Source: Eledone cirrhosa (Eukaryota). From it: a stretch of 64,000 nt of DNA. The stretch lies in NCBI GenBank assembly GCA_964016885.1, contig OZ024742.1:162192001-162256000 (forward strand), in the 5' to 3' direction. How positions within the stretch are numbered: position 1 is the stretch's first letter; each line of letters opens with the position of its first letter. Below, piece by piece: positions 1 through 16,739 of this stretch. The position numbers and the translations under genes are program-made. Below the pieces are notes generated by a model. The model was not told the DNA's origin, made no database searches, and saw only the letters and a program-made list of their open reading frames with translations.

Positions 1-2488
<2,488 letters not shown>

Positions 2489-2493
<5 letters not shown>

Positions 2494-2614
2494 AACGAGT
2501 AGGACCCCGACGGCTGAGCTCAAGCCGTTTCGACGGCTAATTTTTTTTTTTTTAGTCCAGAATTAGCCGTCGAAACGGCTTAATATCAGCCGTCGGGTTC
2601 CTACTCGTTCCTAT
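2489..2614. repeat. Inverted repeat (~55-bp arms) of a short dispersed repeat end
   Basis: AGGAACGAGTAGGACCCCGACGGCTGA..AAGCCGTTTCGACGGCTAATT and its reverse complement; related pieces at 47808-47850 and 54520-54555. Confidence 0.85.
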
Positions 2615-2691
2615 TACCCACTCTACTACCCTAAGTATTGAGTACTTTGGTGCGTTATGGTCCACCTGGTTCCTTACCACATTTCCTCCGT

Positions 2692-2750
<59 letters not shown>

Positions 2751-2974
2751 TTATATATATATATAAATGTCAGTGTTGAACAAACGAGCAACGATGGTTG
2801 CTGGACACTACGGCTTAATACGGGATGTTTGTTTACAAACACACCGAGCATTATAATAAATGTTCGGTGAATCCATACGTACATATATATATATGTGCAT
2901 GTATGTATATATATATACATACTACTGTACGTCTGTATACATATATGTATGTACGTGTACATACTTATATAAAT

Positions 2975-5510
2975 ATACTAGCAGAAGTACCCGGGTGTAC
3001 ATACTTATATATATATATACTAGCAGAAGTACCCGGGTGTAAGTCGACCTTTGGTCTGTTAGAATGTGTGAAATTTACTTCCCCCGCATCACAGGTTCAA
3101 AACTTCGAACTTCAAGGGAAAAAAATAGGTTCGTAGACACAGGTGTGTAATTTATTAATTGTAGTTACACAGTGTATCGTTGAAATTGTTCTCTGCACGA
3201 CTGACGGAAGTCAAAATCGCTTGATATTGAATGTTCAGTTAATTTAAAGCAGGGTGAAAATGTCGATTACTTTCAGGGTTTTTTTTTTTACAATTTTTGC
3301 GCTCACATGTGCAGAAGCAGAATTAAAAGCGCCTTTATCTTAACCGCGGCATAATGGCGAGTCTTTTGTGACAGTTTTCAAGAATATAGGACGTTCCTGT
3401 AAAAAGTTTTCCCATGTGTAACTTTGCCTTGTTTTTTTGCGCAAAGTCGAGCCCCGCTTCAGTTTTATTGATTTTTTACATCAATGCGTGATCTCTGAAG
3501 TAGATTTGAGTAGCTAAAAACCTGTCCCGGTAAATTTGCTATAGGTGAAAAAAAGTTGATCAAAATTGTATCTAGGGTTATTGCCCTTTGCCACAGCCTC
3601 AAGCCTCGTCTGACGGGATGTTGGTGATTCCTCCGTCAGCGCTTGTTGGCGACGAAGGCGAACATCAGCAAGCCTTGTCGTACGTGATGTTGGTGACTCA
3701 ACCAGCCGGGAAAGACGTCTATCAGCGAGTCGAGATTCGCGCTCAGCAGGTGTTTCCTAGAGAAAATTAATTAATTCTACTGGTTTGCTAAGCCAATGGC
3801 AGTGTCAATAGTAAATGAGAAAAGTCTAACATGAACAAAAGGGAATCAAGGTAAGACAATAAATTTAATATAACGATTAGAATGTTGTAGTTGCTTAAAA
3901 GTGGTGACAGTTAGGATAAACGCAGTACTTGCTAACATTAAGGGAGAATATTGCATAAAGGATTAATCAATTGTGAATGAACTCATACCTGAGAACGCCT
4001 AATTCGTTGTCTCAAAGCAATAGCTGTACCTTTTTGGGAGGTAAGTCTTGAACGTTTCCGTGTGGGCATAACGACGTGTAACGAAGCTGTTAGGTTAGAG
4101 AGAGGTGATTAAATACAGAGAGAGATGACACCAGATTCGTTAGCATGGTTACTGGTGAATGGGAAGGTTTGGGAATATGATTACAATAACTTACCGAATT
4201 TTCCCGTCTATAAATTGCACTTAAAATAATTAAATTTAATAAAAAAACAGCTCTGCGCTTTATACTCCGGTGAGCCTTATGTATAAATAATACAATGGTA
4301 ATCAATCACGGCTCTAACAGAAGTAATAGATCTAGACTAAAAGTAAAGAAGATAGCATTTTCTGGTTGGCCTTACACGCCGTTGCGCGGACCTGATTTTA
4401 AATGATACGGCTTATATCCTGGTGAGCCTTATAGAGCGGAAAATATCTATTGGAAAAGAATACGAATTCATGACCAAGGTGTGACAAAATAGGCGTCTAT
4501 ACAGCGCCTGAAACAAACTTGTCCAAAACCCTAGGATTTTTCTCGTTAAGTATCCACCCAAAAGGAACCGTTTTTTAGTTACAAAAAATAACCGAAGTGT
4601 ATAGTAGCTATATTTCTGACATATCATGCCAAAAAGAACAATATATTCAAAAAATGTTCTAAAGTACATTCAATCTCTCTTTTTGACCGATATCTTAATA
4701 AGCAAGTTATCTATTTTTTATTGGCTGTCAGTGTCTATCTGCATGCAGGTGTGCACGTGTGCGCAATTAATTGCAAATACGCTCATAACATTTAGTCGTA
4801 AGCAGAACAAAAAATGCCATTAGAGGTGGGCTAATAATGAAGACACAAACCCTGGTGAACTTACGTTTAAACACCCGAAAAGTTACTCACTTCCTGTGCA
4901 AAAAGACTATTATAAATTAAGTAATTTTTTAGAATCTTTTGTTTAAAAAAGGAAAACATTGGTACGACGTAAATTTTTTTACTTGTATTGTATGTGTACA
5001 ACACAACTTGGTCAACGTATTATTTAGTAATTTTTTTTTCAAAAAGCATGATTATTTAAGACTGTTTGAAAATTTACTCACAGCTTTTAGGTTCACAAAA
5101 GACACCATTAAATTTGGTTCCCTTTTCAGATAGGGATAATACTGTATTTCCACTTGAATAAGGTGGAATATGAAAAGAAACTCTTTAATAGTCGGTCGTT
5201 TACTGAGACAGCTGGGAAGACATGCAGCTGGCCGTCCAATCAATAACGCACGTCGTTATATGGGCATATGAAATTTATTTTGATTGCGCCAGATGTAAAC
5301 TAAGAGTTCTTGTGTTCGAATTCACATAAAATTTCATTGGAATCGAAAAACATTCTGTCATAGGGCCCGATTATCGATTTTTCGAAAATTTCAAGTAGCC
5401 TATTCCACTCTACGCGTTGAGTTTTATATATGTGTGAGGTTTCATGAAAATTGGAAGAACGGTGTAGCATGCAAGTTCGGTACACTAAACAATGTCCATC
5501 TTCCCTTTAT
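2975..5510 (+). mobile_element. Putative non-autonomous Helitron/Helentron-associated (DINE-1/HINE-like) element with a duplicated 5' end
   Basis: Starts ATACTAGCAGAAGTACCCGG (twice, at 2975 and 3017), has TTTCATGAAAATTGG and AAATTTCATTGGAATCG near the 3' end, and ends CCCTTTATATATA; no ORF. Confidence 0.45.
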
Positions 5511-5528
5511 ATATATATATATATACAC

Positions 5529-5636
<108 letters not shown>

Positions 5637-5670
5637 GGATTTAAATGGATACAGTTCAGTTAAAAGGAAT

Positions 5671-5791
5671 TTATTGACACGTGTTTCAATAACAGTTACA
5701 TAACCTAAAAACAGCTGCTATCTACAAAGTATTAATTATGTAGACATTCAATATTTCAATGTTATTATCAACTGTCATTTCATCAGAATAA
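5671..5791 (-). ncRNA. Type I hammerhead ribozyme with long stem II
   Basis: Minus strand: TTATT-CTGATGA-AATGACAGTT...AACTGTTATT-GAAA-CACGTG-TC-AATAA; GUC site, palindromic stem III. Confidence 0.85.
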
Positions 5792-6239
5792 TTTTATTGA
5801 GAACCTGTTTGGTTTTTATAGAGAATATTAAGAGGGAGGGGTGAAGTTGTTAGAAGAATAGTTAAGGGAGTGGATAGAGATTTTTTTGATAGCAGTGAGA
5901 ATTTTTGGTAGCAGTGGGTAATTAGATTTCCATCTGTTGTTTTGACATTTTTATAGAATACATTATTTGGCGTTGGTTATTTTTCTAAATTTATAGAAGG
6001 ATTAGAGATAGTAAAGATATGCATGGTTGGTTTTGTGTTTGCACTTAATTAACATACAGACTTAAATTTTTCTTTTTTTCTTTCAAGTGTATGTATCCGT
6101 TCGCCCACACATTCACACACAAACATATATGCACACCTCTACAAAATACATACACTCACATACACATACTTACATGCTCATACTTACATACATATATACC
6201 TGCACACAAAAATATACCTGCACACAAAAAACTACTGGA

Positions 6240-8281
6240 CGACCTTAAAAACACCAAAGGAATTGTAGTAAAAGCGGACAAAACATCTAACCTGTATACT
6301 ATGGACTGCACTACATACAACAACTTCATTCGAAAAGAATTACATAAAAAATATAGAAAAACGAGTGAAGTAACTCTTAAGCATGCGAAATAGTGAAAAA
6401 TCTCGGAATCGAAGATAGGACAGGACCACTCTTACCGGCGGTACCCACCTTCAATCTTAAGGACCATAAGGTAAACTTTGATAATGACCCTAAAATTAGA
6501 TTAATATGCCCCTCTAAATCAGATATAGGTAAAATAAGCAAATATATCTTAGATATAATCATCCCCCAAATTAAGGCTAAGGTTAGCATTAAACTCTGGG
6601 GGAAGACCCAAGAAGCAATAAGATGGTTTAATAGCATTAGCAATAAGAATAAATCTAAGTTTATCCAGATTGCTATCGACGTATATTACTCATCGATATC
6701 ACCTGAAACTCTGAATAGAGCCATTAAGTTTGCTAAGGATAACTCTGACCTTACAAACGAAGAAATTAAGATTATATTAGAAGCTAGGAAAACTATAGTC
6801 AAATTTGAGAACAGTTATTGGGTTCGTAAAGATAGACCCTCTAACTTTGACATAACAATGGTCTCTAACGATTCGGCGGAAATAACTGATATTGTGGGGT
6901 TATTTATCGCCTTTAGACTCCAGGAAAAATTCAGTAATCTCCACAGTGGAATATACCGCGACGATGTTCTCCTCCTAGTTAAAAACCTAAATAACCAAAA
7001 ACTAGAAAAACTACGCAAAGATATAAGAAAACTACTACTTGAAACAGGACTAACTATAACATATGAATACAACCTTAAAGTAGTTAACTTCCTGGATGTC
7101 ACACTCAATTTAAACTCTGGTCTGATTAAACCGTTTCATAAATTGAATGAAAATCTCAAGTACGTAAATGTTGGGTCTAACCACCCCATCTCTATAATTA
7201 AATCTATCCCTAAAAATATTTCCCCTAGAATCTCGGGTCTATCTTCTAACATACAAGTATTTAAGGAACACGCCGAGTACTACGATAACGCCCTTAGTAA
7301 AGCAGGCTACCTCAACAAAATAGAGTATATAGATGAAAACAATCAAAACACCCAAAATAAATCCCACATAGGTAGATATAATAACAACACCAAACCACAC
7401 TTACTACCATAGTATACACACCAGTAAACCAACAAACAAAACTAATAGAAAGCGATGCAAAGAGTACTTATGGTATAACCCTGAATACAATAGTTCCATT
7501 AGTACAAATTTACCAGTACTCTTCTTTAAAATAGTTAAGAGACATTTTCCTACATCACACAAATACCACAAAATCCTAAACCCTACCACTATAAGACTGT
7601 CATACTCTACAGCGTTAAACCTCGAACAACACATAAAAAAGATCAATACTAGAAGATTAAACGAAAACACTAAAAACTTAAGTACAAAGAACACAAAAAA
7701 AAACAGTAGACAATACACTACAGAACATAAATAAACCACACCTAAGTTCGTCCGCAATACTACTCCAGAGTAAACCTAACTACAAAACCAACGTACACAA
7801 CTGTAACTGCACCTATCCTGACAATTGCCCCCCCCCCCCCGGCAATAACTGCCTGGAAAAAAATATCATCTATAAGTGTACCATTGAATCCGGAGGCAAC
7901 GAGTGGTATTACGTGGGATCAACGGCAACATCGTTTAAATCTCGATTATATAGGCATTCTTACTCAATAAAACACCAGAGCCAAAGAAATGTAACAACTT
8001 TAGCAGAAAAAGCTTGGACGCTCAGGGATAGCGATCAAAAGTTTACCCTAAAATGGAAGAAATTAGCTAAAACCCAAAGCTTTTCCAGGAGCCAAAATTT
8101 CTGCAAATTGTGTAAACTTGAGATTTATTACATAATCACACACAAGAAGAAATTGCTTAATAACAGAATTGAACGAACATTATTCTGCCGTCACCGAACT
8201 AAAACCCTTTTTTCCCACTACAAGCTGAATATTACATACAAGAGGGACATCCCCCAACTATATAAACCTCAATCTAGTTAG
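6240..8281 (+). pseudogene. PLE reverse transcriptase/GIY-YIG endonuclease, disrupted
   Basis: KADKT, KDHK..F...P..RLICPSKSDIGKISK, SAEITDIVG, YRDD, VNFLDVTLNL, SNHP, NCNC....CP, YVGST, CKLC; stops and frameshifts. Confidence 0.92.
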
Positions 8282-8968
8282 AAAAATATAAAAACAATCT
8301 CTTCTCAACATATATATGTATATTAATAACCTCAAATTACCACACTAATAATGGAAAGATATGCTGATGAGAATAGGTGCGAATATGCTATAATGAATGT
8401 GTCTAAAAGCGACCATATGTATGTATATATATGTGAAAATGTATATAAATAAGTAAATATATATATATGTTTGATGTGTATAGTTAGATGTATGTGTATT
8501 CATGTATTAAAGTGTTTATATATATATACACATAGACAGGAGTATGTATGTATATACGTGTGTGCCTATAAGTGTGTATATGAAGATAAGTTGAGTATGA
8601 AAATGTATATACATGAATGCGTATATATGTACATGTATATATGTATATATATGTATATATATATGTGTGCAGGTATATGTGTATGTAAGTATGTGTATGT
8701 CAGTGTATGTATTTTGTAGAGGTGTGCATATATGTTTGTGTGTGAATGTGTGGGCGAACGGATACATACACTTGAAAGAAAAAAGAAAAATGTAAGTCTG
8801 TATGTTAATTAAGTGCAAACACAAAACCAACCATGCATATCTTTACTATCTCTAATCCTTTAGAAACTACAACTGGAACCGTCGAGCAAACTCTACGTGA
8901 ACTGTCCATCTACTGTGTGTAATATTCATATTACAACACTACGGAAAATACTATATATATATATATAT

Positions 8969-11819
8969 ATATAGAGAAAAATACTGCAGGTAGCACATGG
9001 TAACATGTAATAAAATACGTCCCTCATCAGTGATTTGCCGAAGATCATAGATATTTCATTGCATTAAAAATCATATATCTCACTTCGGTGCAATAATAAC
9101 CAAAATAAGTTATTAGGACAATTAAAACGCGTAAAGCGAGTGAGACAGGAGAACAACAGAAAAGATAGCATACCGTGGGAGAGAAACAAGCTTCAAAAAT
9201 TATTCTGTTAGCGTAAGCTAGGTGAATATATGAGCGCTAGGGAAAGAATAGTCCAGCACGAACGAAGGCCATTGAGCAGAGAGAGAAAAAATAGCGTCCG
9301 TGAGTGCAGGATGAAATGAAGAGAAGAGGGAGAAAAACAGTGAGTGAGTGAAAGTGTGAGGAAGAGTTAACGGACAAGACAGAGGGGGAGAAACAGAGAG
9401 AATGGGGGAACAGTAAGAGAGAGAGAAAAAAACACAGAATCGCAGTGGTAAATATATGTATTAAAATATAGAGAAAAATACTGCAGGTAGCACATGGTAA
9501 CATGTAATAAAATACGTCCCTCATCAGTGATTTGCCGAAGATCATAGATATTTCATTGCATTAAAAATCATATATCTCACTTCGGTGCAATAATAACCAA
9601 AATAAGTTATTAGGACAATTAAAACGCGTAAAGCGAGTGAGACAGGAGAACAACAGAAAAGATAGCATACCGTGGGAGAGAAACAAGCTTCAAAAATTAT
9701 TCTGTTAGCGTAAGCTAGGTGAATATATGAGCGCTAGGGAAAGAATAGTCCAGCACGAACGAAGGCCATTGAGCAGAGAGAGAAAAAATAGCGTCCGTGA
9801 GTGCAGGATGAAATGAAGAGAAGAGGGAGAAAAACAGTGAGTGAGTGAAAGTGTGAGGAAGAGTTAACGGACAAGACAGAGGGGGAGAAACAGAGAGAAT
9901 GGGGGAACAGTAAGAGAGAGAGAAAAAAACACAGAATCGCAGTGGTAAATATATGTATTAAAATATAGAGAAAAATACTGCAGGTAGCACATGGTAACAT
10001 GTAATAAAATACGTCCCTCATCAGTGATTTGCCGAAGATCATAGATATTTCATTGCATTAAAAATCATATATCTCACTTCGGTGCAATAATAACCAAAAT
10101 AAGTTATTAGGACAATTAAAACGCGTAAAGCGAGTGAGACAGGAGAACAACAGAAAAGATAGCATACCGTGGGAGAGAAACAAGCTTCAAAAATTATTCT
10201 GTTAGCGTAAGCTAGGTGAATATATGAGCGCTAGGGAAAGAATAGTCCAGCACGAACGAAGGCCATTGAGCAGAGAGAGAAAAAATAGCGTCCGTGAGTG
10301 CAGGATGAAATGAAGAGAAGAGGGAGAAAAACAGTGAGTGAGTGAAAGTGTGAGGAAGAGTTAACGGACAAGACAGAGGGGGAGAAACAGAGAGAATGGG
10401 GGAACAGTAAGAGAGAGAGAAAAAAACACAGAATCGCAGTGGTAAATATATGTATTAAAATATAGAGAAAAATACTGCAGGTAGCACATGGTAACATGTA
10501 ATAAAATACGTCCCTCATCAGTGATTTGCCGAAGATCATAGATATTTCATTGCATTAAAAATCATATATCTCACTTCGGTGCAATAATAACCAAAATAAG
10601 TTATTAGGACAATTAAAACGCGTAAAGCGAGTGAGACAGGAGAACAACAGAAAAGATAGCATACCGTGGGAGAGAAACAAGCTTCAAAAATTATTCTGTT
10701 AGCGTAAGCTAGGTGAATATATGAGCGCTAGGGAAAGAATAGTCCAGCACGAACGAAGGCCATTGAGCAGAGAGAGAAAAAATAGCGTCCGTGAGTGCAG
10801 GATGAAATGAAGAGAAAAGGGAGAAAAACAGTGAGTGAGTGAAAGTGTGAGGAAGAGTTAACGGACAAGACAGAGGGGGAGAAACAGAGAGAATGGGGGA
10901 ACAGTAAGAGAGAGAGAAAAAAACACAGAATCGCAGTGGTAAATATATGTATTAAAATATAGAGAAAAATACTGCAGGTAGCACATGGTAACATGTAATA
11001 AAATACGTCCCTCATCAGTGATTTGCCGAAGATCATAGATATTTCATTGCATTAAAAATCATATATCTCACTTCGGTGCAATAATAACCAAAATAAGTTA
11101 TTAGGACAATTAAAACGCGTAAAGCGAGTGAGACAGGAGAACAACAGAAAAGATAGCATACCGTGGGAGAGAAACAAGCTTCAAAAATTATTCTGTTAGC
11201 GTAAGCTAGGTGAATATATGAGCGCTAGGGAAAGAATAGTCCAGCACGAACGAAGGCCATTGAGCAGAGAGAGAAAAAATAGCGTCCGTGAGTGCAGGAT
11301 GAAATGAAGAGAAGAGGGAGAAAAACAGTGAGTGAGTGAAAGTGTGAGGAAGAGTTAACGGACAAGACAGAGGGGGAGAAACAGAGAGAATGGGGGAACA
11401 GTAAGAGAGAGAGAAAAAACACAGAATCGCAGTGGTAAATATATGTATTAAAATATAGAGAAAAATACTGCAGGTAGCACATGGTAACATGTAATAAAAT
11501 ACGTCCCTCATCAGTGATTTGCCGAAGTTCATAGATATTTCATTGCATTAAAAATCATATATCTCACTTCGGTGCAATAATAACCAAAATAAGTTATTAG
11601 GACAATTAAAACGCGTAAAGCGAGTGAGACAGGAGAACAACAGAAAAGATAGCATACCGTGGGAGAGAAACAAGCTTCAAAAATTATTCTGTTAGCGTAA
11701 GCTAGGTGAATATATGAGCGCTAGGGAAAGAATAGTCCAGCACGAACGAAGGCCATTGAGCAGAGAGAGAAAAAATAGCGTCCGTGAGTGCAGGATGAAA
11801 TGAAGAGAAGAGGGAGAAA
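8969..11819. repeat. 497-bp tandem repeat, ~5.7 near-identical copies, flanked by (TA)n
   Basis: CTGCAGGTAGCAC recurs at 8984, 9481, 9978, 10475, 10972 and 11468. Confidence 0.97.
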
Positions 11820-11900
11820 TATATATAGAAATTACATGAATCAAAGTTCTGTTTAAATCATTTATTTGCTTACAATTGTTTATTCCAAACCGAGGATTGG

Positions 11901-12363
<463 letters not shown>

Positions 12364-12493
12364 GTGAGGTTTTTTTTTACAAAATGAAAAATAACCGAGG
12401 TGTCCTACACGAGTGGAAGTATAAAGAAAAAGGGATGAAATCGAAAATGCAACTGAAGTCTTATTTTTTTTAAAAATATATATTTATTTGGTT

Positions 12494-12531
12494 CCTTTAC
12501 CGGTTTCGCAGTTCTTCTGCTTTTCAAAAGG
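12494..12531 (-). ncRNA. Minimal type I hammerhead, U3-A8 core variant
   Basis: CCTT-TTGAAAA-GCAG AAGAA CTGC-GAAA-CCGG-TA-AAGG. Confidence 0.7.
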
Positions 12532-13062
12532 TGAGTTGAGATGGAGGGTCTGTGGTTTTTCTCACATCTGGTTGGTCTCTAAGTGTTACTTGTTTTATAT
12601 GGAAAAAGTGGCTCGAAAACCAGGTTTTTCGAGAAGTAATTTGATTGGTTTGTCAATAATTATAATAAATTTCGCGCCAGTTCGCGTTACAATAGTTCTT
12701 CAAATAAGAGAGGGGGGGGGGCTTGTCACAGGTTGTTTTTTCATATATGAGTGTTTGAATTTCTTTTTACTTGAAAAAATGAGGCTCACGAAGGCTTTTT
12801 TTTTTTTTTTTTTTTTTTTCGGTTGGTTATAAATGAAATTTGGCTGTCACGTGAACAAGTTTTCATTACATTTTTGCGCCCTTATTTGGAAAACTATTCT
12901 GTAGTCTTTATAGTGAATGTTATGACAATGGAGAGATAGTGGTCAAGGGAAAAGGGATTGGGAGAAATGTTCTGGTTCAGTGAATATGGCCAGCTGTCAG
13001 AGTTCAGGTGTCAGAGTTCAGATTTTCTATTGAGACTGAAGATATGTGTTTATTTGTGTGCT

Positions 13063-13097
<35 letters not shown>

Positions 13098-13591
13098 ATG
13101 TGTGTATTGGAAGATGATTCTATTAGTAGAGATGGGGGAGGGAGTTGTGTGTGTGTGTATATGGGTGTTATGTGTGTGTGTGTGCGCGAGTATGTTAGAT
13201 AGAGAGAATATATATTTTGTGTGTGTGTATATATATATGTGTGTAGGAAAGTGGTTCTATTAGTAGAAATGGGGAGGGTGTTGTAGGTGTGGGGGTTGTT
13301 ATGTGTGTGTATGGGTGTTATGTGTGTGGGAGTATGGTTAGCATGTTAAGATGAAGAGAATATATATATATATATATATTGTGTGTGTGTGTATGTGTGT
13401 GTGTAGGAAAATGATTCCTTTAGTAGGAATATTTTTGAATGAACATATTTTCCTGACTTTTTCGTATTTGCTGTTGTATTGCCAGTGCAAACGTATGTTT
13501 AAGGTTTATTTAGTTCGGGTTTTTATTTTCTAAAGTAGAAGGTGTTATGTGTGTGTGTGTATGTCATATTGTGGTGTTGACATAATGTATA

Positions 13592-14962
13592 TTAAACCTT
13601 ATTTAATGTTGGTCTATATTTTTGAATAAACATATTTTCCTTATTTATTCGCATTTGTTCTGTTGTATTGTTAGCGCAAAGGTAAAATGGGAAGACTTGG
13701 AATTTGGGTGTCTTATTACTTGCGCAAATGTCTAGATGTGCACTTAGTGGTATCTGTCTCGTGGTTGGATCTCGTAATTGTTGGCGATGAACTGTCATTC
13801 TGTTTCTGAGTGTGAGTTTAGTTTGTCCTATATAATCTTCATTGCATCCTTTACATTTAATGGCATAAAGTATATTTTTTGATGAGCAAGTGAAGTGATT
13901 TTTTACAGTAAAATTTTGTCCTGATTTAAATGTATACGTGTTGCCTTCAATGAGGTGAGTGCAGGTTCCACAATTAGAGCGACCACATTTTTTGATACTT
14001 GGTTGTGGGTTTGTGGTAGGTAATTTGGCATTGGTGAATAATGTTTTCAGTGATTTTGGTTGTCTTTTGCTTTTGATTATTTTGTGTGTTTCAAGGGCTT
14101 TTTTCATTCTTGGGTTTTGTTTTAGTAGTGGGATGTTATTGTGAATAGTGTTGTAAGCTTCCGCATTTCTTGGGTTGTGTGTTGAGATATATGATAGAAT
14201 ATTGGACGTACCTTGAATTTGTTTCTGTTTCCGTATTTCATCAATGCCTATTGCTTTAGCCCTTTCTATTCCATTATTTATTAGTAATAGTGGGTACTCT
14301 CTCTCAAGTAGAATTTCCTTTAATTCTTGAAGTCTTTTATTTCGCGTTTCATAATTGGAGACAATTGTGCAAATTCTTCTTGCTAGGTTAAAAGGAATGT
14401 TCGTCTTCGTGTGCTTTGGATGGTTGGAGGTGAATAGCAGATATTGTTTGGAATCTGTTGGTTTGTAGTGTATGTCAGTTTCGATATTTGTGTCTTTTTT
14501 TGTGATTAAGATGTCCAGAAATGGGAGTTGATCTTGGCTGTATTCCATTGTGAATTGGATGTGGTTATTGATGCCGTTTATTAAGTTTTTGAAATCCTTC
14601 AGTTGGTCGAGTGTGTGGGACCAAAGAATGAGGCAATCATCCAAGTAGCGTTTCCAATTCTCTGATAAATATTTGTGGAAGTTCAATCCGTATTTTGATT
14701 TGGACTGTTCATATATCTGGACTTCTAAGTATGCCATGACTAAGTTGGCATAAGTTGGAGCGGCTTTTGTGCCCATCGCAGTCCCCGATATTTGCTTGTA
14801 AGTATTGCCATCGAAATCAAAAAAGTTGTTCTGTAGGATGAATTTTAATCCCTCGGTGATGAAGCTTTTTTCTATTCTGTCAGGTATCTCATTGGGATAT
14901 TTCTCTAGCCAGAATCCTATTGCTTCTAGTCCGTATTGGTGTGGGATCGTTGTGTAGAGATC
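13592..14962 (-). pseudogene. PLE RT plus GIY-YIG endonuclease (open frame but 5'-truncated)
   Basis: DLYTTIPH, GTAMGTKAAPTYANL, RYLDD, LPFLD, SNHP, KCGRSNCGTC linker, YAIKC..C...YIGQT, R...H. Confidence 0.93.
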
Positions 14963-15015
14963 GTTGTGTAAAGACACAGATGTGAGAAAAACCACAGACC
15001 CTCCATCTCAACTCA

Positions 15016-15050
15016 CCTTTTGAAAAGCAGAACTGCGAAACCGGTAAAGG
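15016..15050 (+). ncRNA. Minimal type I hammerhead, U3-A8 variant (inverted pLTR copy, loop II shortened)
   Basis: CCTT-TTGAAAA-GCAG AA CTGC-GAAA-CCGG-TA-AAGG. Confidence 0.62.
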
Positions 15051-15119
15051 AACCAAATAAATATATATATTTTTAAAAAAAATAAGACTTCAGTTGCATT
15101 TTCGATTTCATCCCTTTTT

Positions 15120-15186
<67 letters not shown>

Positions 15187-15345
15187 GAATTGGACCTCTG
15201 AAATAGCAATATATATATATGGATGTATATATAATGTATTTTGCAATAGACTTTATGCTTAATTAAAAGCATTTTGAAGACCGTAAGCTATTATTTTAAA
15301 GTAGTGACAAATTCACTTACTTTGATCTCATCAAACAGGGGAGAT

Positions 15346-15392
15346 AAGCCCACAAGTCTTGTTTCGCTTTGGTTGAAGCTTATCAAGGCTAA
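15346..15392 (-). ncRNA. Degenerate hammerhead (U3-A8 core, GUG at the cleavage site)
   Basis: AGCC-TTGATAA-GCTT CAACCA AAGC-GAAA-CAAG A CTTG-TG-GGCT. Confidence 0.45.
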
Positions 15393-15564
15393 CTACTAGG
15401 GGTAGTTAGCCTTGATAATTACATAATAAACAATACAATAATTATTCGATTACCAAAGGCTTCTAGAAACTAGACGATTCTTACAGAAACGTCCAGCACG
15501 TTCATCAGACAAAATTATTAACATAGAGTACCCTTCTTTCCTTTACCTTTTCTACAGAAATACT

Positions 15565-15679
<115 letters not shown>

Positions 15680-15742
15680 CATATATATATGTAAAAAGTA
15701 AACAGAAATAACAAAACAAATGATACAGTTCAATAAAGAAAT

Positions 15743-15790
15743 ATATTAAAACGTCTTAATGTTTCGGACACTAGTCCTTCATCAAAATAT
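15743..15790 (-). ncRNA. Degenerate hammerhead remnant
   Basis: ATATT-TTGATGA-A-GGAC TAGT GTCC-GAAAC...GTTTT-AATAT; core and stem III are imperfect. Confidence 0.35.
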
Positions 15791-15959
15791 AGAATGGAAA
15801 ATAAAAGATGAAATAGAAAGAGAAAGAGTGAGAAGAGGAAAAAAAAGCAACACACGTGTGGATTCAGTCAACCATTTTGGAGAGGTATAAAGTGATAGAA
15901 ATGGATGGATAAGATGAATGGATAAATAGCAGTTAGATAGATATATATTGCTATCTAGT

Positions 15960-16352
15960 TACACCATCACCCCACCACCATCCACCCCACCACCCCACCA
16001 TACACCCCACCACCCTACCATCCACACCACTATCCACCAAACCATCAATCCTACCATCATCCCCACCATCCACCTCATCATCCACACCACCATCCACCCC
16101 TTTTCCACACCACATTCCACCCTATCATGCATCCTACCATCCACCTCTCCATCCACCTCACTATCCACACTTCCATCTACCCCACCATCCACCCTACCAT
16201 CTATCCCACTATCCACCTCACCATTCACCCAACCACCCACCCCACCGTCAATTTCTAGGTATCCCCCATCCATCCCATCATCCACTCCACCATGCACCCT
16301 GCCATCCACCTTTCCATCCACCCCACCACCCACCCCGCCATCCATCCCACCA
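15960..16352. repeat. CCA/CCAT-rich low-complexity repeat
   Basis: Direct reading. Confidence 0.85.
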
Positions 16353-16464
16353 ATCGGAGATGAAACTGCTAAGACTCCAATTTATCGATTTTGGAAAGAA
16401 AATGTATTTCTCTCCCAGTTTTAATCAGGAGAGACGATAGAGGACAGTCACACGGACAGACTGG

Positions 16465-16516
<52 letters not shown>

Positions 16517-16577
16517 CACATGTACATACACTCACACGCATATATACATATATATATATATACACTGATGGACACAC

Positions 16578-16708
<131 letters not shown>

Positions 16709-16739
16709 TACATACTGATGGATATATACACATATACAT

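Noticed and set aside
9015-9060. Minus-strand GAAA...CTGATGA in the 497-bp unit as a hammerhead
   Set aside because: Stem II cannot be formed and stem III is inadequate
9237-11532. Repeated 102-aa hydrophobic ORF in the 497-bp array
   Set aside because: By-product of the CT-rich strand; no recognisable domain, and frameshifted in the fifth copy
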